From: an archaeon GW2011_AR15
Lineage (GTDB): Archaea > Nanobdellota > Nanobdellia > Woesearchaeales > GW2011-AR15
Direction of reading: 5' to 3'
Assembly: GCA_000830295.1 (NCBI GenBank)
Contig: CP010425.1
Span: 1,056,001 to 1,120,000 of the forward strand
DNA length: 64,000 bases
The notes under the pieces are model-generated. The model did no database searches and had not been told where the DNA came from. It saw nothing but the letters and a program-made list of their open reading frames with translations. The position numbers and the translations under genes were made by a program. Below are positions 19,335 to 27,643 of the stretch, piece after piece (within the stretch, counting starts at the first letter, position 1; each line of letters opens with the position of its first letter).

Positions 19335-19418
19335 TTCTCAGAGGGAAATCAGGGTGCGACTCCCTGGCTGTGCCGCAACCGTAAAGCCGGAAAACCAAAT
19401 TCCTTCGTGCAAGGGTGA
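19335..19418 (+). promoter_or_regulatory. Minimal cobalamin riboswitch-like RNA
   Basis: AGGGAA, stem CAGGG-TGCGACT-CCCTG, CTGTGCCGCAACCGTAA, B12-box-like AGCCGGAAAACC, then a hairpin overlapping the GGGTGA SD. Confidence 0.75.
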
Positions 19419-19423
19419 GAAAA

Positions 19424-19762
19424 ATGGATAAGAGAAAAGCAGTTCTTAGCAAAAATGTTGAGATAATTGAGGGAAGCTATCATCCCATCAAAGACTGGGT
19501 CATGGACCCGAAAGGATATTTTCTGATAAGGGTTAACAGGAAAAAGAGGCTGCTGGAGCTGGGATACTGCAGAAAAGATAATGTTATTGAGGTCATGATT
19601 CTGGGAAAGACACCGCAGGAAGTCTATTTCAATGCCTGCGAGAAAGGCCTGCTCTCAAGGCTGGATCATGCTGCGTATCTTGGAAAAGAGCTTGAGAAAG
19701 CATATCTTGCAATGAAATACAATCTTGACTATGTGCAGGATGAGGAGCTTAAGATTGGCTAG
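19424..19762 (+). CDS. DUF4346 domain protein
   Basis: DPKGYFLI...SRLDHAAYLGKELEKA...YVQD. Confidence 0.85.
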   Translation: MDKRKAVLSKNVEIIEGSYHPIKDWVMDPKGYFLIRVNRKKRLLELGYCRKDNVIEVMILGKTPQEVYFNACEKGLLSRLDHAAYLGKELEKAYLAMKYNLDYVQDEELKIG

Positions 19763-20210
19763 CAGGGAGGTAATATTCTTTCCCGTCAAATTTTGCAAAG
19801 GGGAGCTTTCCGTTTAGATAGCCCTCATATTCCTGCTGTGGCATTCGCCTCATTAACAGTTTATCAGCTATATCTGTTGAATCTATCAGAAAAACAATAT
19901 AATGCTCAGGGAAATTAGAGCAGATATAATCCATAATCTTCCCCGACAATTCTTCTCCCTGAGCAGCAAAATTTCTTATGGCTTCATTTCTTTCTTTCAT
20001 GCCTAGTTTCTTATCCTTGTAGATAACCATAACCATGAATGTTAGAGTATCTAAAGAAAATCTTTCATTGTTCAACATCAGTTGGTAATCCTGATGAGTC
20101 AGTGAAGAAATATCAATGCGGGAGTTTAATCTCTTTGCTGAATCTAGGTTATTCTTTATAACCAGAAACTCTGCTTCTAACCTTTCAATTGCTTTATCAA
20201 TGTCGGGCAT
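19749..20210 (-). CDS. Hypothetical protein
   Basis: 153-aa ORF with TTTTTAAATA TATA about 25 nt upstream. Confidence 0.65.
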   Translation of the reverse strand: MPDIDKAIERLEAEFLVIKNNLDSAKRLNSRIDISSLTHQDYQLMLNNERFSLDTLTFMVMVIYKDKKLGMKERNEAIRNFAAQGEELSGKIMDYICSNFPEHYIVFLIDSTDIADKLLMRRMPQQEYEGYLNGKLPFAKFDGKEYYLPASQS

Positions 20211-20381
20211 GTATAAAACTAAGAGGAGAACTTATTTAAAAATATTGCCAATAAATCTCCATTTTAAATTAACGATACATATCATTCGGAAATGGGTTTT
20301 TCATTCTCGGGAGAGCTGAATACCACGGATTCAGAACCTTCCAGTTTGTTTTATATTTAAATTATAATGCAAAAGAAAAAA

Positions 20382-22328
20382 TCAGAGCTCAAACTTAAGC
20401 TCTTTGTTATTTATATTCTCTTTCAGTTTTTTTACCAGGAGTTCAGGCTTAACCCCAAACTTAACCTGACCGTCAAGAGTCCTGAGAGCAACAGTATCAT
20501 TTTCAACTTCCTTCTCTCCGATTGTAAGCATTATAGGTATTTTCCTGAGCTGGGCTTCCCTGACTTTCTTTGGTATTGATTCTGCCCTGTTGTCAAGCTC
20601 TACCCTGATGCCTGCTTCCTCAAATTCCTTTCTCAGCTTTTCTCCGTGTTTCTCCATTTTCTGTGAGATTGTCATTATAACAACCTGCACTGGTGAAAGC
20701 CAGACAGGGAACTTTCCTGCAAAATGCTCTATAAGGAAACCAATGAACCTCTCATGTGTCCCAAGCGGAGCCCTGTGGATTATTACAGGAGTGTGCTCTT
20801 TGCCGTCTTCTCCTGCATATTTCAGCTTAAATTTCTCTCCCATGAACAGGTCAATCTGGTTTGTGGAGGCTGTGAATTCCCTTCCAATAACTGACTTTAT
20901 CTGGAAGTCAATTTTTGGGCCGTAAAAGGCCGCTCCGCCTTTTTCTACCTTAAATTTGACTCCTGATTTTTTCATGGCCTTCATCATAAGCTCTTCAGCT
21001 TCTCTCCACATTTTTTCATGACCATGATATTTATCACTGTTAAGGTCCCTTAATGCCAGCTCCATAGAATAGTCTGTTATTCCAAGTTTCTTGTAATAGT
21101 ACTCATGCAGCTTTATCACATCAATGAATTCGTCAACAGCCTGCTCTTTTGTACAGTAGATGTGGGCATCATTCATATCCATGCCTCTTACCCTCATAAG
21201 CCCTGTGATTGCTCCGGACTGCTCATACCTGTGGCATGTACCGTATTCAGCCAGCCTTAATGGCAAATCCCTGTATGACCTTGTCCTTGCTGCAAAAATC
21301 TTGTGGTGGAAAGGGCAGTTCATCGGCTTGATATAGTATTTCTCACCGTCAATATCCATAGGGCTGAACATGGATTCCTTATAATGCGGGAGGTGCTCTG
21401 ATGTGTGGAAAAGCCCTTCTTTTGTTATTATAGGGGTTGTCACGCGCTTGTACCCCCATTTCTTTTCAGTTTCTTTTGCCCAGTTCTCAAGCTCTTCCTT
21501 GATTATGTTCCCGTTTGGAAGCCATAGCACCAGTCCCGGCCCTATATCCTCATCAATCTCAAAAATGTCCAGCTCTTTTCCCAGTTTCCTGTGGTCCCTT
21601 TTTTCAGCTTCAGCAAGCATCTCAAGGTGCCTGTTCAACTCTTTCCTGTCCTGGAAAGCAATTCCATAGATTCTCTGGAGCTGCTTGTTTTTTGAGTCCC
21701 CTCTCCAGTATGCGCTTGCCAGGCTCAAAAGCTTGATATGGCCGATCTTGCCTGTCGAAGAAACATGGGGTCCTCTGCACAGGTCGACAAAATCTTTTCC
21801 TGTCCAGTAAACAGTAACTTTTTCCCCTTTTTCTTTTATTTCAGAAAGCCATTCTTCCTTGTACTTGTTGCCCTTGAAAAGTTTCTTTGCCTCATCCAGT
21901 GAAATCTCTTTCCTTACAATAGGAAGATCCTGATTAACCAGCTTAGCCATCTCTTCTTCTATCTTCTTGAAATCATCCGGAGTGAATTTTTTTGATGAAT
22001 CAAAATCAAAATAGAATCCTTCTTCTGTCGCTGGGCCCATCGCCATCTCTATTTTACCTGGCCAGAGATTCATCATTGCATGTGTAAGGACGTGCTCTGC
22101 TGAATGCCAGAGTGCTTTCTTGCCTTCCTGGTCCTTAAAAGTAAGTATGCTTATGCCTGCGTCGTTATTCATTGGCCTTCCAAGGTCCCATACTTCACCA
22201 TTGACCTTAACTGCAAGGGCTGCTTTTGCTAGGCCTGTTCCAATAGATTCTGCTATTTCCTGTCCTGTAACTCCTTTTCTGTATTCCCTTTTTGATCCGT
22301 CTGGAAGCTGAATTTTTATGATTGGCAT
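20382..22328 (-). CDS. thrS: Threonyl-tRNA synthetase (bacterial-type, TGS and SAD editing domains)
   Basis: TGS domain, HSAEH, DLCRGPH, RDHRKLG, KPMNCP, AFYGPKID. Confidence 0.97.
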   Translation of the reverse strand: MPIIKIQLPDGSKREYRKGVTGQEIAESIGTGLAKAALAVKVNGEVWDLGRPMNNDAGISILTFKDQEGKKALWHSAEHVLTHAMMNLWPGKIEMAMGPATEEGFYFDFDSSKKFTPDDFKKIEEEMAKLVNQDLPIVRKEISLDEAKKLFKGNKYKEEWLSEIKEKGEKVTVYWTGKDFVDLCRGPHVSSTGKIGHIKLLSLASAYWRGDSKNKQLQRIYGIAFQDRKELNRHLEMLAEAEKRDHRKLGKELDIFEIDEDIGPGLVLWLPNGNIIKEELENWAKETEKKWGYKRVTTPIITKEGLFHTSEHLPHYKESMFSPMDIDGEKYYIKPMNCPFHHKIFAARTRSYRDLPLRLAEYGTCHRYEQSGAITGLMRVRGMDMNDAHIYCTKEQAVDEFIDVIKLHEYYYKKLGITDYSMELALRDLNSDKYHGHEKMWREAEELMMKAMKKSGVKFKVEKGGAAFYGPKIDFQIKSVIGREFTASTNQIDLFMGEKFKLKYAGEDGKEHTPVIIHRAPLGTHERFIGFLIEHFAGKFPVWLSPVQVVIMTISQKMEKHGEKLRKEFEEAGIRVELDNRAESIPKKVREAQLRKIPIMLTIGEKEVENDTVALRTLDGQVKFGVKPELLVKKLKENINNKELKFEL

Positions 22329-22483
22329 GTGAATATCACCTTTTGAGTTTATTAAACAAAAAGCAAGTATAAATATTTAACCACTGAGAGAATTAGTACG
22401 TTGCCGTTCTTGGCATAAGAATTAAGTGCAGGTAATCTAATAGATTGTTTGCTATCATGGGCCTAGATAAGCCTGTCTTATAT

Positions 22484-22705
22484 TTAAAATTTATGGCTAA
22501 AAAAATTATAGAGCAGAAAAAGCAGGCTCAGCACAATGCTGATAAGTATTGATGTTGTAAGGGGAAAGTAAAACCTGAAATTCTCTTTTTCTATCTTTAT
22601 ATCTCCTGGAAGTGAGCCCAATCCAAGCTTGCTGCCGAACTGCCAGAGCAATCCTGCAAGAATCAAAGCAATTCCTGCAATTATAAGAATGTTCGGGAGC
22701 TCCAT
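22484..22705 (-). CDS. DUF2905 small membrane protein
   Basis: LGSLPGDI.IEKENFRFYFPLTTSILISIVLS; start at MELPN. Confidence 0.85.
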   Translation of the reverse strand: MELPNILIIAGIALILAGLLWQFGSKLGLGSLPGDIKIEKENFRFYFPLTTSILISIVLSLLFLLYNFFSHKF

Positions 22706-22712
22706 TTTGAAA

Positions 22713-22779
22713 AAACTGCCTCGGCCGATATCCTCATTGCTCATTCGGAAACCTGCCAGGCAATAAACTGCCTCGGCCG
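22713..22779. repeat. 15-bp direct repeat of the tRNA-Glu 3' end (AAACTGCCTCGGCCG)
   Basis: Copies at 22713-22727 and 22765-22779. Confidence 0.85.
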
Positions 22780-22884
22780 GGATTTGAACCCGGGTCCCAG
22801 CATATCTTCCGTGAAGATGCCAGAGAATGCTGGCATTCTTGCGTCGAAAGTGCTGGATGATTGGCCGGACTACACCACCGAGGC
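22769..22884 (-). tRNA. tRNA-Glu(TTC) with 41-nt intron (22804-22844)
   Basis: GCCTCGG/CCGAGGC acceptor stem, GTTCAAATC T-loop, CAGCA/TGCTG anticodon stem. Confidence 0.93.
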
Positions 22885-23112
22885 TTATGTTTTATGACGT
22901 GCTGTTAAGTAAGTCTGATGAATTTTTACATGGTTTATAAAAGTTGCTGAAATAAAAATTGTGTATTACTCTATCTTAAAAACCACTAAACCAATAATGT
23001 TTTCGAAAGATTTATAAATACTAAACTCCAGAAATATACTATTCGGGGGTGTAACCAGTAGGTTGCACTATCTAATCCGAGTTATGCAAATCAAAAAAAA
23101 GAGGTAACAAAA

Positions 23113-23619
23113 ATGAGAATCACAAAGGAAATATTAACGAAAACAACTGAAGAGGCCATAGGAGAGGATGCCATTCCACTGGTCTTCAAGCTTAAAGGCA
23201 GGGAAAACATCTCAGAATTCAAGCTGGCTGATGAGCTTAAAGTAGATGTCCATCTTGTAAGGAATATCCTGTACAGGCTTAATAACTTCCATCTTGCCAC
23301 ATACATGAGGAAAAAGGACAGGCAGAAAGGATGGTATATAAGCTACTGGACTCTCAATACAAAGAGATTTACGGAAGTCTATGAGAAGCTTCAGGTCAAC
23401 AGGCTTGAAAACCTTAAAGAGAAGCTAAAGAAAGAGCAGGAATACAGGGAAGGTCTGTATATCTGCCCAAATTTATGCACAAGGATGAACTTCGAAAAAG
23501 CCATGGAAAACAACTATAAGTGCCCTGAATGCGGCTCCATACTTAATCCGCAGGATAATTCAAGGACAATCGAGCATCTCAAGAGCATGATTGCAGAGAT
23601 GGAAGAAGTAAGTGCATAA
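23113..23619 (+). CDS. tfe: Transcription factor E alpha
   Basis: wHTH, GWYISYW, CPxxC...CPECG zinc ribbon. Confidence 0.9.
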   Translation: MRITKEILTKTTEEAIGEDAIPLVFKLKGRENISEFKLADELKVDVHLVRNILYRLNNFHLATYMRKKDRQKGWYISYWTLNTKRFTEVYEKLQVNRLENLKEKLKKEQEYREGLYICPNLCTRMNFEKAMENNYKCPECGSILNPQDNSRTIEHLKSMIAEMEEVSA

Positions 23620-23822
23620 GCATTCCTTTTTCTTTTTATTACTCTTTAATTACATCAAAAAGCAAGCTTTAAATATAAAATGCTATTACCCTTTTTCTAT
23701 GCAAACAGGTCTTAACCCTATACTTCCGCCCCCTGTAATGTAATCATTGGCTTCTTACATCTTTAATGTTTTGTTTTGAAATTAGGATTTTTGCAATAAA
23801 GATTAAGCCAGAGCTGTACAAA

Positions 23823-24284
23823 ATGAAAACCGCAATAACGCATGAGGAACTGAAGCTGCTGATTTACCTCAGATTAAACTCAAGGGAAAAGCTCACTAAG
23901 CTTTCAAGAATAACACAAATCCCAGTGTCCACAATCCATGAAAAGCTCAGGCAGTTCAGTGAGGGGATTATAAGAAAGCACACAATAATCCTTAATTCTG
24001 AGGTTCTCGGCTATCCTATAAAAACCCATTCTGTCATAAAAGCTGATTCTTCTTCAAAGCAAAGTCTTGGTGAATTTCTGAAAAAACACGATAGCGTAAA
24101 CAATCTCTATAAAGTCAATAATGGCTTTGACTATGTATTTGATGCATATTTTAAGGGCCTGAACGATGCAGAAGGGTTTTTTGATATTCTGGAGGAGAAG
24201 CACAAGGTAAAGAAGATAGAGACACATTATATACTTGATGAACTGAAGAGGGAAGGGTTCCTGAACAGGGAAGAAGTTATATAA
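23823..24284 (+). CDS. Lrp/AsnC family transcriptional regulator
   Basis: NSREKLTKLSRIT.IPVSTI HTH plus RAM domain; ATG 23823. Confidence 0.85.
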   Translation: MKTAITHEELKLLIYLRLNSREKLTKLSRITQIPVSTIHEKLRQFSEGIIRKHTIILNSEVLGYPIKTHSVIKADSSSKQSLGEFLKKHDSVNNLYKVNNGFDYVFDAYFKGLNDAEGFFDILEEKHKVKKIETHYILDELKREGFLNREEVI

Positions 24285-24286
24285 AC

Positions 24287-24373
24287 TGCGTCCGCCGGGA
24301 TTCGAACCCGGACACCCGGCTGTCTTTGCATAGGCTTGGAAGGCCGGAGTCATAGCCATTAGACCACAGACGC
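24287..24373 (-). tRNA. tRNA-Gly(TCC) with 15-nt intron (24322-24336)
   Basis: GCGTCTG/CGGACGC acceptor stem, CCGGC/GCCGG anticodon stem, GTTCGAATC. Confidence 0.93.
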
Positions 24374-24488
24374 ACAGGAGGTATAGAAAAATAAATCGTT
24401 TATTAATCTTATTGAAAATCACAGCCAAATCTGGTGTGAATTTTTATTATCATAATGTTTATAAACTGACTGAATTTTCTTAGGCTCA

Positions 24489-24683
24489 ATGGGGCGTATA
24501 AAAACCAAAGCAGTGAAAAGAATCACTATGGAACTGGTTGAGAATCATTTCAGCGAGTTCAGTGAGGATTTCAACAAAAACAAAGGCATTGTAGAGATGC
24601 ATACAGACATCCCATCAAAGAAGCTCAGAAACATAATCACGGGGTATGTTACCAGGCTTGTCAAGTCCAGGGAAACACTCTAG
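24489..24683 (+). CDS. rps17e: Ribosomal protein S17e
   Basis: MGRIKT..VKR, DFNKNK, SKKLRN.I.GYVT. Confidence 0.95.
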   Translation: MGRIKTKAVKRITMELVENHFSEFSEDFNKNKGIVEMHTDIPSKKLRNIITGYVTRLVKSRETL

Positions 24684-24694
24684 GGTGATCAGAA

Positions 24695-24985
24695 ATGACA
24701 GAAAAGGATAATAGTATTTTTATCGGCGATAAGCCTTTTATGAACTATGTTACAGGTGTAGTGATGCAGTTTACAACCAAGAATGCTGATGAAGTCATAG
24801 TCAAGGCACGTGGGAAGTTCATTGCGCGGGCAGTGGATGTTTCAGAGGTTGCATCCAAGAGATTTCTGAAAGAAAATGTCAAGGTAAAGGACGTAAAGAT
24901 TGATTCCGAGGAATTTGAGAACAAGGAAGGGAAGCAGGTAAGGGTTTCCACAATCGAGATTATCCTTGTAAAAAGCAGCAAATAG
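24695..24985 (+). CDS. albA: DNA/RNA-binding protein Alba
   Basis: IGDKPFMNYV, KARG.FI.RAVDV, VSTIEI. Confidence 0.95.
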   Translation: MTEKDNSIFIGDKPFMNYVTGVVMQFTTKNADEVIVKARGKFIARAVDVSEVASKRFLKENVKVKDVKIDSEEFENKEGKQVRVSTIEIILVKSSK

Positions 24986-25044
24986 ATTTTTTCTTGATGA
25001 TATTAGTATAAACAAATTTATACTAGTTTATTTTTTAATTTCTT

Positions 25045-25118
25045 GGGCCTGTGGTGTAACCTGGATAGCACGTCTGGCTTCGGACCAGGAAATCGGGGTT
25101 CAAATCCTCGCAGGCTCA
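25045..25118 (+). tRNA. tRNA-Arg(TCG)
   Basis: GGGCCTG/CAGGCTC acceptor stem, CT-TCG-GA loop, GTTCAAATC. Confidence 0.93.
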
Positions 25119-25164
25119 TCATTATTTAACAATATTTTTAAACGATGTTCTTTTCTCTCATTGT

Positions 25165-26598
25165 ATGGAAAATATCAAGCTCAGGAAGATCAATGATGTA
25201 ACCTGGGAAATCCCTAAAGAAGGGGATATGAATGTTTCAGGAAGGATTTTCGTAAGTGAGAAACTTCTTGAGCTGATTAAAGAGGACAAGTCAATCCAGC
25301 AGGTAAAGAACGTGGCTGCAATGCCTGGCATCCTTAAGCATTCATTTGCAATGCCGGATATGCACATGGGATATGGATTTTCAATAGGTGGAGTTGCTGC
25401 CTTTGATTCTGAAACTGGCATAATAACACCTGGAGGGATAGGTTTTGATATAAACTGCGGTGTCAGGGTGCTTGCATCAAACCTCGGAAAAGAGGAGGTG
25501 CAGAAAAAGATTGATGAGCTTCTTGACCAGCTTTTCAAGAGGGTGCCTTGCGGTGTCGGCAGGGATTCGGAGATAAAGCTTGATGACAAGGAGCTTGAGC
25601 AGGTCATGCTGAAGGGTGCTAAGTGGGCAGTTGAAAAGGGATATGGGAACAAAGAAGACCTGCTGCACTGCGAATCAAACGGAGCGCTTGACTGGCCGAA
25701 TCCGGGCAAAGTGAGCCAGAAAGCAAAGGCAAGGGGAAGAAAGCAGCTCGGGACGCTTGGGGCAGGCAACCATTTCCTGGAGATACAATTTGTAGATGAG
25801 ATATATCAGCCTGAAGTTGCCAAAAAATTCGGCATAAAGGAAAAGGGGCAAGTTGTTGTTATGATACACTGCGGAAGCAGGGGATTTGGCCACCAGATAT
25901 GTACAGATTATCTTAGAAAGATGGAGGATGAATATGCAAGCCTGATTGCAAAGCTTCCTGAAAAAGACCTTGCTTATGCGCCTTTCAAATCAAAGATCGG
26001 GCAGGACTACTTCGGGGCAATGGCATGCGCTGCAAATTTTGCCTGGGCAAACAGGCACATAATAGGCCACCAGATAAGGGAATCATTCAAGAGGTTGTTT
26101 GAAAAGGCTGAATTAAAGACTGTTTATGATGTCGCGCATAACATAGCCAAGATAGAAGAGCATGAAGTGGCTGGAAAAAAGCAGAAAGTTATAGTCCACA
26201 GGAAGGGCGCAACAAGATGCTTTCCTGCAAATCACCCTGAAATACCCGAGGCATACAGGGAAGTCGGCCATCCTGTGCTTATACCGGGCAGCATGGGAAC
26301 TGCATCTTACATCCTTGTGGGAATGCCAGGAACAATGGATATTGCATTCGGAAGCACTGCCCATGGTGCAGGGAGGATAATGTCAAGGAAGCAGGCAAAC
26401 CAGATGTTTACTGGAGAATCTGTAAAAAAAGAGCTTATGGGAAAAAATATCCATGTCAAAAGCGCTTCCTGGAGAGGTGTTTCAGAAGAGGCCCCCGGAG
26501 TCTACAAGGATATTGATGAAGTAATCAAGGTTACAGAAAAAGCAGGCATCAGCAGGGCTGTGGCAAGATTAAGGCCTATGGGTGTAATCAAAGGATAG
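25165..26598 (+). CDS. rtcB: tRNA-splicing ligase RtcB
   Basis: MPDMHMGYG, GFDINCG, GNHFLE, HCGSRG, HRKGAT, HGAGR. Confidence 0.96.
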   Translation: MENIKLRKINDVTWEIPKEGDMNVSGRIFVSEKLLELIKEDKSIQQVKNVAAMPGILKHSFAMPDMHMGYGFSIGGVAAFDSETGIITPGGIGFDINCGVRVLASNLGKEEVQKKIDELLDQLFKRVPCGVGRDSEIKLDDKELEQVMLKGAKWAVEKGYGNKEDLLHCESNGALDWPNPGKVSQKAKARGRKQLGTLGAGNHFLEIQFVDEIYQPEVAKKFGIKEKGQVVVMIHCGSRGFGHQICTDYLRKMEDEYASLIAKLPEKDLAYAPFKSKIGQDYFGAMACAANFAWANRHIIGHQIRESFKRLFEKAELKTVYDVAHNIAKIEEHEVAGKKQKVIVHRKGATRCFPANHPEIPEAYREVGHPVLIPGSMGTASYILVGMPGTMDIAFGSTAHGAGRIMSRKQANQMFTGESVKKELMGKNIHVKSASWRGVSEEAPGVYKDIDEVIKVTEKAGISRAVARLRPMGVIKG

Positions 26599-26756
26599 GG
26601 ACATTGTCCTGTCCGTTGTATTAGCAAGCATACCCTTCTATATAATTCATACTACCCGGTAACTAAATTATCCGAAAACATTCCGGAATTTTACAAAATA
26701 GCCATTTAAAACTGGTTTTTCTACAGTATGCAAAAGGGGTATTGGAGGTAATCAAA

Positions 26757-27188
26757 ATGGAAAAGCCAATATATGTAACTGTAGATGTGGGGAGTTATCA
26801 GGATAACCTTGTGAAAAGAGTAAGCGAGGACTATAAGAGCAAAACATTCGGCGAACTGCTTGAACATCTTACTAACAATGGTCCTGATGAATTAAATGAA
26901 CTCGGGTATAATGCAAATGAAAAAGCAGTTGCTGAGATACTCGGACACAGGCTGTCAGAGGCAAACAGGAATCCTGGAAATGTCAATATATATGCAATAT
27001 CAAATACAGAGCCGCCTGAGGAGATACATGTCAGCCTTTCAGATATAGTCTCTGATTACAACACCAGGATTATAAAGTATGATACAGAGCTCGGAGAAGG
27101 AGGAGAGGAGCTAAAATACCAGAGAATGGATTTTCTTGTGGTTGAGAATGCATCAGGAGGCCTGAAATGGCAAGCCTACAAAGTATAG
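26757..27188 (+). CDS. Putative ubiquitin-like (beta-grasp) protein with GG followed by an 8-aa tail
   Basis: GGAGGTA SD; IYVTVDV, TFGELLEHL, VSDYN, DFLVVENASGG-LKWQAYKV. The ORF is solid; the fold call is inference. Confidence 0.55.
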   Translation: MEKPIYVTVDVGSYQDNLVKRVSEDYKSKTFGELLEHLTNNGPDELNELGYNANEKAVAEILGHRLSEANRNPGNVNIYAISNTEPPEEIHVSLSDIVSDYNTRIIKYDTELGEGGEELKYQRMDFLVVENASGGLKWQAYKV

Positions 27189-27643
27189 CTGCGAGAGGAT
27201 TGACTGCTGGAATACTGGCACTAACCGCCACAGCATGCTCTCTCACAGACGCAAAGCTTGAAGTTATAGATAATCTCTACCAGAGCCTTCCTCAGGAAAA
27301 CCGAAATGAATATGCAGCAGCCATGTTCCTGGATACAGACTACGATACACAGATTACAACGATAAAAGACATTGTTGACAACGGAGAGCTGCAGAGCAGC
27401 GACAATGCATATATAGGCGATAGTGTGCTGATGCATCTTATGCCTGAAGAAAGGACTGCAGTAATGGAGGCGATTATGGATAAATCAGACTATAACGTGC
27501 AGAGAGAACTTACTTTTTACGGAATTGAAAAACTGGATACCGGGGATTTATTCCAGGCCGTGGCAAATTCAGGGGTAAACATATTGAGTGAATTTGGGAA
27601 GAAAGTGAAAGATGCCTACCAGTCTCTCTTCGGAGGAGACTAG
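27167..27643 (+). CDS. Putative lipoprotein
   Basis: Basic and hydrophobic N-terminus ending in ATAC lipobox; overlaps the upstream ORF. Confidence 0.7.
   Translation: MASLQSIAARGLTAGILALTATACSLTDAKLEVIDNLYQSLPQENRNEYAAAMFLDTDYDTQITTIKDIVDNGELQSSDNAYIGDSVLMHLMPEERTAVMEAIMDKSDYNVQRELTFYGIEKLDTGDLFQAVANSGVNILSEFGKKVKDAYQSLFGGD

Noticed and set aside
25158-25769. 203-aa minus-strand ORF
   Set aside because: Antisense shadow of rtcB
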